The translations under genes and the position numbers were made by a program. The notes beneath the pieces are model-generated. The model saw only the letters and a list, made by a program, of their open reading frames with translations. It was not told the origin of the DNA and did no database searches. Below, one piece after another: positions 10,318 through 18,756 of a stretch of 64,000 bases of DNA (position 1 is the stretch's first letter; the number at the start of each line of letters is the position of its first letter). The DNA is from Escherichia phage ECML-134, in the sequence record JX128259. One strand, written 5' to 3'.

Positions 10318-11064
10318 TTATCCTCGGATAAGTTTAAAAATTGAACAATTTAGCGGGTATCCTCTTTTCAGTTTAAGTTTATCAATAAAAGACAAATTTT
10401 GATACCGCTCTACACCTTGAATAATTTTATCACACATATCATATTGCATTTCTGCTTCTGACAACTTTTTCACAATTTTCCAATCCGAGCCTTTAAGAAG
10501 AACGTTCAATTTAACAACTTCAGCGCCTTCTGCTATGCGAGAACCATCAATACGAGCTTTAAGTGCTATAATCCTTAGCTTAATGTCAGATGTCTGTTTT
10601 GATTTAGAAAGCTGAGAAATGTGTTCAATTCGGTTTTCACGTTTTTTCTGTATAGCTTTAATTTGATTATAAGTCTTTTTGATTTTAGCCCATTTCTTTT
10701 CATCTAAATTTAGTTTATGAACTTTTTTCGCAGATGAACGACCAATTCGCAAAGCAAACAAATCACGTTTTTCAATTAACTCCTCTAAAGTATAATCAGA
10801 ACGAAATGTATTATACTTTTTCTTTACTGCAATAACATTCCCTTTAATGTATCCAACGTTATTATCAAAACGTTCTAATGATAATTTCTCTCCTTCAATA
10901 CGATTATCAAAAGGTTCTCCCGAGTAAGCGCAAACTTTCTGATCTAAAATGTTCTTAATGTAATTGAAGTCTAAGTTAAAATCTTTAGAACGTCTTTTTG
11001 CAGATGCCTGAGTATGCTCTAGACGACGTTTAATTTTACGAATTTGATTATTAGACAGTTTCAT
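10318..11064 (-). CDS. srd: Srd-like protein
   Basis: 248-aa basic ORF between dda and modA, as in T4; identity by position and size only. Confidence 0.5.
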   Translation of the reverse strand: MKLSNNQIRKIKRRLEHTQASAKRRSKDFNLDFNYIKNILDQKVCAYSGEPFDNRIEGEKLSLERFDNNVGYIKGNVIAVKKKYNTFRSDYTLEELIEKRDLFALRIGRSSAKKVHKLNLDEKKWAKIKKTYNQIKAIQKKRENRIEHISQLSKSKQTSDIKLRIIALKARIDGSRIAEGAEVVKLNVLLKGSDWKIVKKLSEAEMQYDMCDKIIQGVERYQNLSFIDKLKLKRGYPLNCSIFKLIRG

Positions 11065-11098
11065 ATTTTTCTCACATCTTACGGACGGTTGACTACTA

Positions 11099-11129
11099 TA
11101 CTATAACATTTTTACTTTAACTTGTAAAC
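11099..11129 (-). promoter_or_regulatory. early sigma70-type promoter
   Basis: gtaaac at 11124-11129; -10 TATAGT-like 18-19 bp away. Confidence 0.5.
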
Positions 11130-11186
11130 AACTTTATGTAAAAATGCTTTAAAACTTTCATGGTATAATGAATCTAAGTCCTTCCA

Positions 11187-11789
11187 TTATAGATTAAATC
11201 CTTCAAAATCAAGAGTATAGATAGTGTATGTTGAATACTTTTTGTACTCATATCTATCTGCAATTCTAAATACACTTCCAGCTGGTATCATTACTTCTTG
11301 TTCATCTGAAACTAATTCCATATTACGATAACGATGGCTATCCGAAAACTTAAAGTTTGGATTGTATTCTTTACAGCGTAGAGCTTTTATAGCATACTCC
11401 TGGAAATTGAATACCATAGGAGCTTTGAATTCAAAAATAACTTGTGTGTTATACTCTAAACCGGAAGCAAAATGCAGAGCTATATTTTTATCATATGAAG
11501 CTGATACTACTTTATCAAATGTAATAACATCAATTCCTTGATTTAATACTTGCTTAGTCTCAGCTGGAACACCTCTCCAAAGAGGTTTATCGTTTGGAAC
11601 CAAACGAGATTTGATTATTTCATTTAACCAAGTATGGTCATCTGGCTTATTAGTAATACAATGAATTAAAAGTTCAATTTCAGATAAATTAAACCCTTCA
11701 GAAAGTAATTCTTCACGAATAGAAGCACGCACCGATGCATCCATTGATTTTATTTTAAAATCTTTTAGTTGCATTACTGAGTATTTCAT
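11187..11789 (-). CDS. modA: ADP-ribosyltransferase ModA
   Basis: 200-aa ORF, T4 ModA length; R, S-x-S and E elements of an ART fold visible (LWRGV, VVSASY, EQEVMIP). Confidence 0.7.
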   Translation of the reverse strand: MKYSVMQLKDFKIKSMDASVRASIREELLSEGFNLSEIELLIHCITNKPDDHTWLNEIIKSRLVPNDKPLWRGVPAETKQVLNQGIDVITFDKVVSASYDKNIALHFASGLEYNTQVIFEFKAPMVFNFQEYAIKALRCKEYNPNFKFSDSHRYRNMELVSDEQEVMIPAGSVFRIADRYEYKKYSTYTIYTLDFEGFNL

Positions 11790-12364
11790 TCAACTACCTC
11801 AATATCATAAACTTTAAATGTTCCAAATGAATCGTGTAATTTTTCTTTTGAAATAGAAGTTATTCTATACTTTCCAATTGGAATCATCCATTCTTGTTCA
11901 CGCACGATCATCATTAAGTTATCAGTACGCTCTGAATCTAGCCCATCAGTATCTTCATACGTGTACTTAAACTCAGTATTAGGAGAAGAAAGTATAATAT
12001 CGCTGATATGGTCAGAATAATTAAAAGCTTTATCAGTTTTTAAGCGAAATATTATTTCAGTGAAATACTCAACATAAGAAAAACCACATGCTGTGTGCAA
12101 ACTAGTAGTAAATGAATCTACTCTGTTCGTTGAAAACACTTCTCCAACTTGTAAATCTTTAATAAGTTCTTTTGTCGATTTTGATATACCACGATATAAC
12201 TGATATGGTGATTTAGTTAAATGCTTTTTAACGATTTTATTCAACTGCCGACTGCCGATGAAGAGCTTCATTCTTTTTGGCTTCCATACATTGCCAAAGA
12301 ATTGACTGCTCAAAGTCAGTAAATTTTTCACAGACCTTTTTATACATATCATATTGAAAATCAA
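11786..12364 (-). CDS. modB: ADP-ribosyltransferase ModB
   Basis: 192-aa ORF adjacent to modA; LYRGIS and STT motifs; 4 nt overlap with modA start. Confidence 0.65.
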   Translation of the reverse strand: MIFNMICIKRSVKNLLTLSSQFFGNVWKPKRMKLFIGSRQLNKIVKKHLTKSPYQLYRGISKSTKELIKDLQVGEVFSTNRVDSFTTSLHTACGFSYVEYFTEIIFRLKTDKAFNYSDHISDIILSSPNTEFKYTYEDTDGLDSERTDNLMMIVREQEWMIPIGKYRITSISKEKLHDSFGTFKVYDIEVVE

Positions 12365-12442
12365 CGCTTTCAGCTTTTATAGATAACTGTTCAACATCTG
12401 CAAGATTAATAATCATGATAGCCTCCGTATACTTCAGAAGCT

Positions 12443-12472
12443 ATCATATCATCATTAGAAAGGAAAGTAAAC
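12443..12472 (-). promoter_or_regulatory. early sigma70-type promoter
   Basis: gtaaac at 12467-12472; -10 TATGAT from 12443-12448; 18 bp spacer. Confidence 0.5.
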
Positions 12473-12483
12473 AACTTTTTGAA

Positions 12484-12666
12484 TTATTTTGCCCAGGGAG
12501 CCCAAGGCGGAGGGTCAAGATGGTATGAAGCTAGTTCTTCTAGAAGAGCATCTGGGGCTTCAATTCCATAATTCTGTAATACTATACGGTATTCTTTCTT
12601 ATAATCACTAGAATCATTCTGGTTATTCGTAGAATGATTATCTTCTAACATCTCAAATAAATCCAT
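12484..12666 (-). CDS. small hypothetical protein
   Basis: 60-aa ORF in operon context. Confidence 0.5.
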   Translation of the reverse strand: MDLFEMLEDNHSTNNQNDSSDYKKEYRIVLQNYGIEAPDALLEELASYHLDPPPWAPWAK

Positions 12667-12674
12667 ATTAATTC

Positions 12675-13145
12675 CTAGCGATAAAAACCAAAGTGACGAT
12701 TAGCTTCAGCAATCTTTCTTTCTTCTTCGGACATTCTCCAGCGTAGTCCAACATCAAAATGAGCCCAGACCATCCTAACAAATGCATTTATATCCTTAAT
12801 ATCTTCAATAATGAATGTTTTACTTTTAGAAGGTTGACTCGCTAATTTAACTTTATCGTCTTCAAACAGGTCAAAAAGACCATATTCATGAGCTCTTTTA
12901 TAGCCTTTAATAGTTAAAGCTTCAGAAGAAGAAAACGGTGAATCAGTATTCTGCAAAATATCTTCAGTATGCTTTATAATTAGAATAACATTTTCTGGAT
13001 ATTTTCTTTCTTTTATATCTTTAATTAAAATATCCGGATTTTCTGCTAAAGGAATAATTAATGAGCAATTTTTATCAAGCGTATTTACTGATTTACCTTC
13101 TTTAGACATAAATTCTATTGAATAATGTTTTGCTACTTCAATCAT
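12675..13145 (-). CDS. hypothetical protein
   Basis: 156-aa ORF; start overlaps stop of upstream small ORF. Confidence 0.6.
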   Translation of the reverse strand: MIEVAKHYSIEFMSKEGKSVNTLDKNCSLIIPLAENPDILIKDIKERKYPENVILIIKHTEDILQNTDSPFSSSEALTIKGYKRAHEYGLFDLFEDDKVKLASQPSKSKTFIIEDIKDINAFVRMVWAHFDVGLRWRMSEEERKIAEANRHFGFYR

Positions 13146-13302
13146 GTGATTTCCTTTTGCCTACTAATGGACCATCGGGAATTTTGTTTTCCTGGATATA
13201 TTTCTCATTTTCTTCCATCATTTTACTACCGATTTTAAGAAGCAAATCCAATGCTTCATTTGCTTTAGCTTTAGCCTCTTCTAACGTCATATCTTTGTTC
13301 AT
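13141..13302 (-). CDS. small hypothetical protein
   Basis: 54-aa ORF translated by hand ([23 protein letters not shown]...); ATGA start/stop overlaps at both ends. Confidence 0.4.
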
Positions 13303-13502
13303 GATTTATCACCATAGATGTCTCTCATTAATTTAAGCGCTGAGCGTTCTAATTTCTTTTCTTTCTCGGAATTAATCATTGATTTCATCCATTCTTCTGA
13401 TTCGTTCTGCATTTCTTTATTTGCCTGTTCAACCCAACCATCATCAATATACATTGAGTTTGGTCTATTGAACCATTCAAGAATCTTCTTCAGAACTTTC
13501 AT
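13299..13502 (-). CDS. small hypothetical protein
   Basis: 67-aa ORF in operon context. Confidence 0.55.
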   Translation of the reverse strand: MKVLKKILEWFNRPNSMYIDDGWVEQANKEMQNESEEWMKSMINSEKEKKLERSALKLMRDIYGDKS

Positions 13503-13974
13503 TTGTTTTACCTAAAACAATAGTAGGAGCATCGTCAAATTCATGAATTTTTAGCAATTTTGGATTTAAATTATTCCATACATAATAAATGAAGTATGAT
13601 AAAGCATCTTCACTCGCAATTATAAATTTATTTCCTTTATCTATTTTCCAGTCATATACTGAATCGTACGAATAAAAAGATAAAGGATTACCATTATATT
13701 GTTCTGCGCTAACATTAATGTATTCAGATTTAGTAAATGCTTCAATTGCTCTAAACGGACTATTTGGCACAGTTTCAATAATTCCGATCTTTTTAAGTTT
13801 TATTTCAACATCTTCTGGAACTGGCATTGAAACGAAATTTTCTACGAGATACATAGGGTTACAATAACCCTTATCAATCACTACGGCTACAGTAATTGGA
13901 ACATCTTTAGCAAACGACATGCTATTACTGCTAATATACATTTCAAACAAAATTGCTTCCATAATTTTCCTCAA
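13477..13974 (-). CDS. hypothetical protein
   Basis: 165-aa ORF starting immediately after the stop of the upstream ORF. Confidence 0.6.
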   Translation of the reverse strand: MRKIMEAILFEMYISSNSMSFAKDVPITVAVVIDKGYCNPMYLVENFVSMPVPEDVEIKLKKIGIIETVPNSPFRAIEAFTKSEYINVSAEQYNGNPLSFYSYDSVYDWKIDKGNKFIIASEDALSYFIYYVWNNLNPKLLKIHEFDDAPTIVLGKTNESSEEDS

Positions 13975-14312
13975 TCACAAGATGTAGATGAACAGCTAGA
14001 ATCACAAGAACTTCCGCATGAATCGCCCGTCCATACATGAACAGGAACATTAGTATCATATGAATCAGAACTAGACTGTGTATTCTGCGTATTAGATGAT
14101 GTAGTAGGTACTGACCAGCGCCAAGGATTTTTATAATATTCTTGGGCTTCTTCATAAGTCATAGTAACTGCTTCTACTGTTCCATCTCCTATATAAACAT
14201 ATTCAACTACAGTTAAAGGGAGATAGTCATTTGAAATAGGAACTACACCTTCCCCAGGAGTCGTAGAGAAAAAATCCGTAAAGAAACTTTTAAACCAATT
14301 AAAGATAAACAT
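13971..14312 (-). CDS. hypothetical protein with Cys/Ser-rich C-terminal tail
   Basis: 113-aa ORF ending [18 protein letters not shown]. Confidence 0.55.
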   Translation of the reverse strand: MFIFNWFKSFFTDFFSTTPGEGVVPISNDYLPLTVVEYVYIGDGTVEAVTMTYEEAQEYYKNPWRWSVPTTSSNTQNTQSSSDSYDTNVPVHVWTGDSCGSSCDSSCSSTSCD

Positions 14313-14518
14313 TACAAAAAGCCTCTTTTGAATTCAACTTGCTTTTCACCATAATCATATCGAATCTCTGCATTAAATTCAACAGAACCATCTGCGTACA
14401 TCATAAATGAATGCACAACAACTTCTGTAGACCATGGTTGCAATTCATATTTCTTCATTACATGCCGTGAAATGATAATATCTAAATCTTCATTTGGTTT
14501 AATCCAGCGATTTAACAT
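14312..14518 (-). CDS. small hypothetical protein
   Basis: 68-aa ORF downstream of promoter 14545-14574. Confidence 0.55.
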   Translation of the reverse strand: MLNRWIKPNEDLDIIISRHVMKKYELQPWSTEVVVHSFMMYADGSVEFNAEIRYDYGEKQVEFKRGFL

Positions 14519-14544
14519 AGTGCTCTCCTCTATAAGATAATTCT

Positions 14545-14574
14545 ATTATACCATACTCATTTTGGAAAGTAAAC
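14545..14574 (-). promoter_or_regulatory. early sigma70-type promoter
   Basis: gtaaac at 14569-14574; -10 TATAAT from 14545-14550; 15 nt from the stem-loop at 14589-14610. Confidence 0.55.
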
Positions 14575-14588
14575 TGCAAAAACGAAAA

Positions 14589-14610
14589 AAGGAACCCCGA
14601 AGGATTCCTT
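14589..14610 (-). terminator. stem-loop downstream of soc, UUCG tetraloop on transcript
   Basis: aaggaaccc-cgaa-gggattcctt with one mismatch; 6 nt after soc stop. Confidence 0.5.
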
Positions 14611-14615
14611 AAATT

Positions 14616-14873
14616 TTAACCACCAATACCTGGAGTTGGCGTAACAGTCCAAAGACCTTCATTTGCAGTAATCCAATCAGCACGCTGATTTTCTTCATAT
14701 ACTGTTGAATATGCTGCTTTTTCTGAAGGAAATGTCTGATAATGAGCCCCAGAAATTTTGTGAACATCAGAATAAAGAGGGAAAGCTACAGAAATTTCTT
14801 TACCCTGAATTGTACCACCGTCAACTGCTTGGTCAAATGTTTTAATATTAACATAACCGCGAGTACTAGCCAT
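14616..14873 (-). CDS. soc: small outer capsid protein Soc
   Basis: 85-aa ORF MASTRGYVNIKTF...EISVAFPLYSDVHKISGAHYQTFPSEKAAYSTVYEENQR, near-identical to recalled T4 Soc. Confidence 0.9.
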   Translation of the reverse strand: MASTRGYVNIKTFDQAVDGGTIQGKEISVAFPLYSDVHKISGAHYQTFPSEKAAYSTVYEENQRADWITANEGLWTVTPTPGIGG

Positions 14874-14889
14874 GTAATTCTCCTTTTAT

Positions 14890-15099
14890 TTAAATTACAT
14901 GACTATTTATAATAAATTCTCGCGGAACGTTAAAATACCCAATTTTAGTTAATATAACAACATCACCATTAATAATTACCGGAGAATAATCTTCTGGAGC
15001 ATTAAATTTCCAATGGGCTCTAATATTATATCCATCAGAACCAAATGCTCGACTAGCCGGTCTCCCGGCTTTTTGCCATGCATAAAAATCAAATTTCAT
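14890..15099 (-). CDS. small hypothetical protein
   Basis: 69-aa ORF between 56 and soc. Confidence 0.55.
   Translation of the reverse strand: MKFDFYAWQKAGRPASRAFGSDGYNIRAHWKFNAPEDYSPVIINGDVVILTKIGYFNVPREFIINSHVI
14904..14911 (-). promoter_or_regulatory. late promoter core TATAAATA upstream of soc
   Basis: plus-strand tatttata, about 30 nt upstream of soc ATG; AAGGAG Shine-Dalgarno follows. Confidence 0.55.
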
Positions 15100-15290
15100 T
15101 TTGAATGCTCTATAATTAATTTTAAAGCTTCTTCACTGACAAAAATTTCGTCAGGACCTTCTATAATTTCAACCATACGAAGTTGATTAGTTAAGAGCTC
15201 ACACACGAGCTCTTTGTTATAATCTTTAAATAGCTGGTCAATACGTTTCTTATGGGCTTTCTTGAGCTGACGCTTATTTAAACGAGCCAT
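15096..15290 (-). CDS. small hypothetical protein
   Basis: 64-aa ORF; 4 nt overlap with downstream ORF. Confidence 0.55.
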   Translation of the reverse strand: MARLNKRQLKKAHKKRIDQLFKDYNKELVCELLTNQLRMVEIIEGPDEIFVSEEALKLIIEHSK

Positions 15291-15808
15291 TAATAACCTC
15301 GGTCTTGACGAGCGAAGTTTTCAGCATTTTTCAGGTAATAAAGTTTAAAGATTTCTTCAGCTGACATTCCAAGAGCAATAAATTTATTCATGAAAAAGTG
15401 AAATTGGTCAATCAGTTCAAATTTAATTTCAAGCTGATCTTCAGGAGATAAATCTTGAATTTTCTTGGATTGCATTTCAGAATAACGTTTCTTCCAAGGT
15501 TTCCATACAGCAGAAGCTTCTTTTTCACCATTACTCATACCACCAAGAGAAGTATATAGCTCGCGAGTTTCATCTGCGATATAATCGTCTTGGTTTCGCA
15601 ACCAAGCAAGAACTTCTCCTGCAGTTTCAAGTGAATCAGGATGACGATTTGTTTCTGGTTTATCATTAGCCAAACGAATCTGTAAATGCCGCTGCATGTC
15701 AAGCATAACCTGCAGTGGGTCAATATTGTGCATAATATTCTCAGCATATGCACGATTTGCTTTATCAACACCTTCGATCAAATGAGCGCATTCATTAAAG
15801 TAAGCCAT
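15290..15808 (-). CDS. 56: dCTP pyrophosphatase
   Basis: 172-aa ORF, T4 gp56 length; MazG-like; AAGGA Shine-Dalgarno. Confidence 0.85.
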   Translation of the reverse strand: MAYFNECAHLIEGVDKANRAYAENIMHNIDPLQVMLDMQRHLQIRLANDKPETNRHPDSLETAGEVLAWLRNQDDYIADETRELYTSLGGMSNGEKEASAVWKPWKKRYSEMQSKKIQDLSPEDQLEIKFELIDQFHFFMNKFIALGMSAEEIFKLYYLKNAENFARQDRGY

Positions 15809-15881
15809 TATTTTTTTCCTTTCAATTCATGGGTTAGTAGATTAATTATACAATAAATATATAAAGCAATAAGGAGGACAT

Positions 15882-16082
15882 ATGGTACAAAAATTAATGG
15901 CACTTGTTAATGCCATAAAAGGTAATAAAAAACGTATAGCTTTTACTATTTCTGCTATGGTAGGAATTTTACTCTGGAACTTTATTTTATCACCAATTGC
16001 AATTGCGCATGGTGTTAATATTCCAGTAGTTACTCTTGATGCATTCGTAGATCTAGCATTTGCTTTAGTTGGGTTAATTTAA
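15882..16082 (+). CDS. small hydrophobic protein on plus strand
   Basis: 66-aa ORF, two hydrophobic segments; aaggagg 5 nt before ATG; only plus-strand candidate gene in the window; convergent with gene 61. Confidence 0.45.
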   Translation: MVQKLMALVNAIKGNKKRIAFTISAMVGILLWNFILSPIAIAHGVNIPVVTLDAFVDLAFALVGLI

Positions 16083-17107
16083 ATCTTGGCATATTTAGAT
16101 AGCCGCATTTTAGCCATCAACCCCTGGGCAATATTATTTTTCATATATTCCATAATTTGTTCAGGGGTTGCACCTTCCTTTCTAATCATATCATTAACAT
16201 CTTTTGATTTCCAGGGAGATTTATCCCAAAACATAACCCTTTCTCCTGCATCAACTAATTTAGTCATTCGCTTAATAGTGTCAGGATGACGAGGTTCATT
16301 ATCTAAAACCCACACTCGTCTATCTTTAAATGGAACAATTTCTAGGTCTAATTGACCACCCGTAATAGCTATACCATTTTCAATAAAAAGTGAATCTATA
16401 GGTCCTTCTAGAACATATACATCACCATCTTTAACTCGTTCGACTCCATAGATTTTTGTTGCCTCAGGATAAGCTTTGATGGTGATATATTTTTGAGGAG
16501 CATCTTTCTTTAATGCACGTCCTTGAAAAGACTCAGCTTTTCCATTAGCATTATAAATTGGAATAACAAGACGAGGCTCAGGTATTTCCTTTTTATATGT
16601 TCCTGGTGCTATGCTATTAACTAATTTAGGCCATTCAGTTGTAAACCAAAGATATTTCCATTTATCCTTTGGAATACAACGAGCTTTTACGTATTTTATA
16701 ATTGGATGGTCTTCCGTCAGTTTATCTAATCTAACACATGACGGAAGAGATTTAATTATTTTCTTCTCAGGTTGTTTAGGAAGTTCTTTAGGTTTTTCTA
16801 CTGGACGACTTTTACCTTTTTCTTTTCTTATTTCAAAGATATACTCACGATATAAATCAGGTTCAAACTCCTTTAAATATATTCCGATTGGTGCATGATA
16901 GTTACAGTTATAACAATGAATATTTCCTTCATTATTATCACCATAATACCATCCACGGGCTTTATTTTGGTCGGTTTTTGAATCTCCACACACTGGGCAT
17001 CTAAACCGCAATTTAAAAGTTGAACTATTATTTACTTGTGTGAATTTAGGTAAATGAGCTAATGCACGGTATGCAAACTCATTATCAATCCAAGGTATTG
17101 ATGACAT
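16079..17107 (-). CDS. 61: DNA primase
   Basis: 342-aa ORF, T4 gp61 length; zinc-ribbon CPVCGDS...CYNC. Confidence 0.9.
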   Translation of the reverse strand: MSSIPWIDNEFAYRALAHLPKFTQVNNSSTFKLRFRCPVCGDSKTDQNKARGWYYGDNNEGNIHCYNCNYHAPIGIYLKEFEPDLYREYIFEIRKEKGKSRPVEKPKELPKQPEKKIIKSLPSCVRLDKLTEDHPIIKYVKARCIPKDKWKYLWFTTEWPKLVNSIAPGTYKKEIPEPRLVIPIYNANGKAESFQGRALKKDAPQKYITIKAYPEATKIYGVERVKDGDVYVLEGPIDSLFIENGIAITGGQLDLEIVPFKDRRVWVLDNEPRHPDTIKRMTKLVDAGERVMFWDKSPWKSKDVNDMIRKEGATPEQIMEYMKNNIAQGLMAKMRLSKYAKI

Positions 17108-17111
17108 TTTT

Positions 17112-17273
17112 ACTCTTCTTTTTCTTTAGATTCCTCTTTTTTCTTTTTAGGAATCTGTTCAGGACCTTTATTTACTACAGCGCCTGATGTTGTTCCAGTA
17201 GAGATATTTTCAGGATTACCACCTGAATCTCCAGCGACCATATCTTCTTTAATAAATTCTTTATATGTTTTCA
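17112..17273 (-). CDS. small protein with internal-protein-like N-terminus
   Basis: 54-aa ORF translated by hand: MKTYKEFIKEDMVAGDSGGNPENISTGTTSGAVVNKGPEQIPKKKKEESKEKEE; stop 1 nt before gene 61 ATG. Confidence 0.5.
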
Positions 17274-17275
17274 TA

Positions 17276-17902
17276 TTAACCTCTATTCATAAAAGCATTA
17301 AAAATTTGGTCATCAATAGAAACATTTACTTTAGACTGTTTTTCAGATGGCAATTCATATCCACATATTACAATTTTATGATCAATATCAAAATACACAG
17401 AAGCAATATGATTAATGATATTTTCAGTGAAGTCTAAATCAACATCAATATCTTTTTGACCAAAGCCCAAAGGATAAATAATGCGAGTAATTCGATTATC
17501 TTTAACAAAGATTCCACCGACATACTCTGTGCTGCGTTTAAAGTCTACACGCCGATGAAATGAAAAATATTCAGGCTCTTTATGAGCTCGGCTCATAGGG
17601 CACAACGAATAACTAGAATAAGAGATGTCAAATCCTACACCTTCAATATGAACTAAATTGTCATGATTAAACCAATTATAATCATATGCCAAGTCCATTA
17701 GATTGTCATATGTGAAAGGCACCGGATTAACATCATTGGTCACAAGCATATAATTAGCAACTGCTATAATTTCATTATTTTTAACGAATACAAACCGTGA
17801 TTGATGCGAATGACCTGGACCTGCGTTTTCACGATTAATGATATAACACTGGGCACCTTTATATTTGTACGTGTCTTTACACTTGTGCATTTGATAAAGC
17901 AT
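17276..17902 (-). CDS. hypothetical protein
   Basis: 208-aa ORF between primase and sp. Confidence 0.65.
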   Translation of the reverse strand: MLYQMHKCKDTYKYKGAQCYIINRENAGPGHSHQSRFVFVKNNEIIAVANYMLVTNDVNPVPFTYDNLMDLAYDYNWFNHDNLVHIEGVGFDISYSSYSLCPMSRAHKEPEYFSFHRRVDFKRSTEYVGGIFVKDNRITRIIYPLGFGQKDIDVDLDFTENIINHIASVYFDIDHKIVICGYELPSEKQSKVNVSIDDQIFNAFMNRG

Positions 17903-18195
17903 TATTCACCTACTACTTCAGCGATGATATTTTTATTATTGAAGTTTTTATCGCAATACAGAACATAATTATACTGCATTACACCACCAGACTTAAGTTG
18001 TTTTTGCACTTCAGCTTTCATTTCAGGACGATCACGCTCAACTATATTCATAATATCTGCTTCAATTTGAGTTTCAACCTCAGTCTGATCCGCAGTCATA
18101 GACCATTCGCATAAATCTTTATCATAACCTGCCATAGCAGGCTGAGCAGCACAAGAAGCTAAAGCAAAAACTGTAGCAAAGATAAATTTTTTCAT
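17902..18195 (-). CDS. sp: spackle periplasmic protein
   Basis: 97-aa ORF with cleavable signal peptide MKKFIFATVFALASCAAQPAMA; size and position match T4 sp. Confidence 0.7.
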   Translation of the reverse strand: MKKFIFATVFALASCAAQPAMAGYDKDLCEWSMTADQTEVETQIEADIMNIVERDRPEMKAEVQKQLKSGGVMQYNYVLYCDKNFNNKNIIAEVVGE

Positions 18196-18223
18196 GATAA
18201 TCTCCTCAGTAGTTTATGTTTAT

Positions 18224-18254
18224 ATAGTATCTCAATTTCCAATAAAAGTAAACA
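18224..18254 (-). promoter_or_regulatory. early sigma70-type promoter
   Basis: gtaaac at 18249-18254; -10 TACTAT-like. Confidence 0.5.
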
Positions 18255-18255
18255 G

Positions 18256-18555
18256 TTATTTTAAAACTTTTGCATAATCACATGTTACAAACTGTTTCTC
18301 TAACTTGACGATCTTACGAAAATACCTTTTACACTGACGAATCTGCCTCTTCGTAGGACGTACAGCAAACTTAATAAATTCCACTCGACCAAATGGAGGA
18401 CTTTCTTCTGCTGGAATATCTAACACCAATTCCCACGTATCTGCAATAAGTGCTTTGAATTGCGTATTTTTCCTGACGTTATACGGAGTAGGTTTAAATA
18501 AAACAATATGCATATTATCCTCGGCAATCCACTTCACATACTTTCTTGTCATCAA
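18256..18555 (-). CDS. hypothetical protein
   Basis: 99-aa basic ORF; overlaps dmd 3' end by 41 nt, so start may be internal. Confidence 0.55.
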   Translation of the reverse strand: MMTRKYVKWIAEDNMHIVLFKPTPYNVRKNTQFKALIADTWELVLDIPAEESPPFGRVEFIKFAVRPTKRQIRQCKRYFRKIVKLEKQFVTCDYAKVLK

Positions 18556-18697
18556 TGAAAGCTTTAACTAATGCTTTATTAACTTCAGCATATTGAGTAG
18601 TAGCCCATTGAACGTCATCTTTCATCATTGTGATTTCTTTAGTAAACATGCTTTCATTCTTAAACCACCCCATAAAAACTACCTTTACCAATTCCAT
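18515..18697 (-). CDS. dmd: Dmd antitoxin
   Basis: 60-aa ORF MELVKVVFMGWFKNESMFTKEI... matching recalled T4 Dmd; sits next to gene 41. Confidence 0.75.
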   Translation of the reverse strand: MELVKVVFMGWFKNESMFTKEITMMKDDVQWATTQYAEVNKALVKAFIDDKKVCEVDCRG

Positions 18698-18726
18698 AAC
18701 AATCTCCTCATTTAACCAACAAGACT

Positions 18727-18756
18727 ACTATACCATAGTCTTGTCAGCTTGTAAAC
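18727..18756 (-). promoter_or_regulatory. early sigma70-type promoter
   Basis: gtaaac at 18751-18756; -10 TATAGT from 18727-18732; 18 bp spacer. Confidence 0.55.

Noticed and set aside
13971-14030. Cys/Ser-rich tail as a ribosomal-peptide (RiPP) precursor
   Set aside because: No cyclodehydratase, dehydrogenase or other modification enzyme nearby; the peptide is the end of a larger protein
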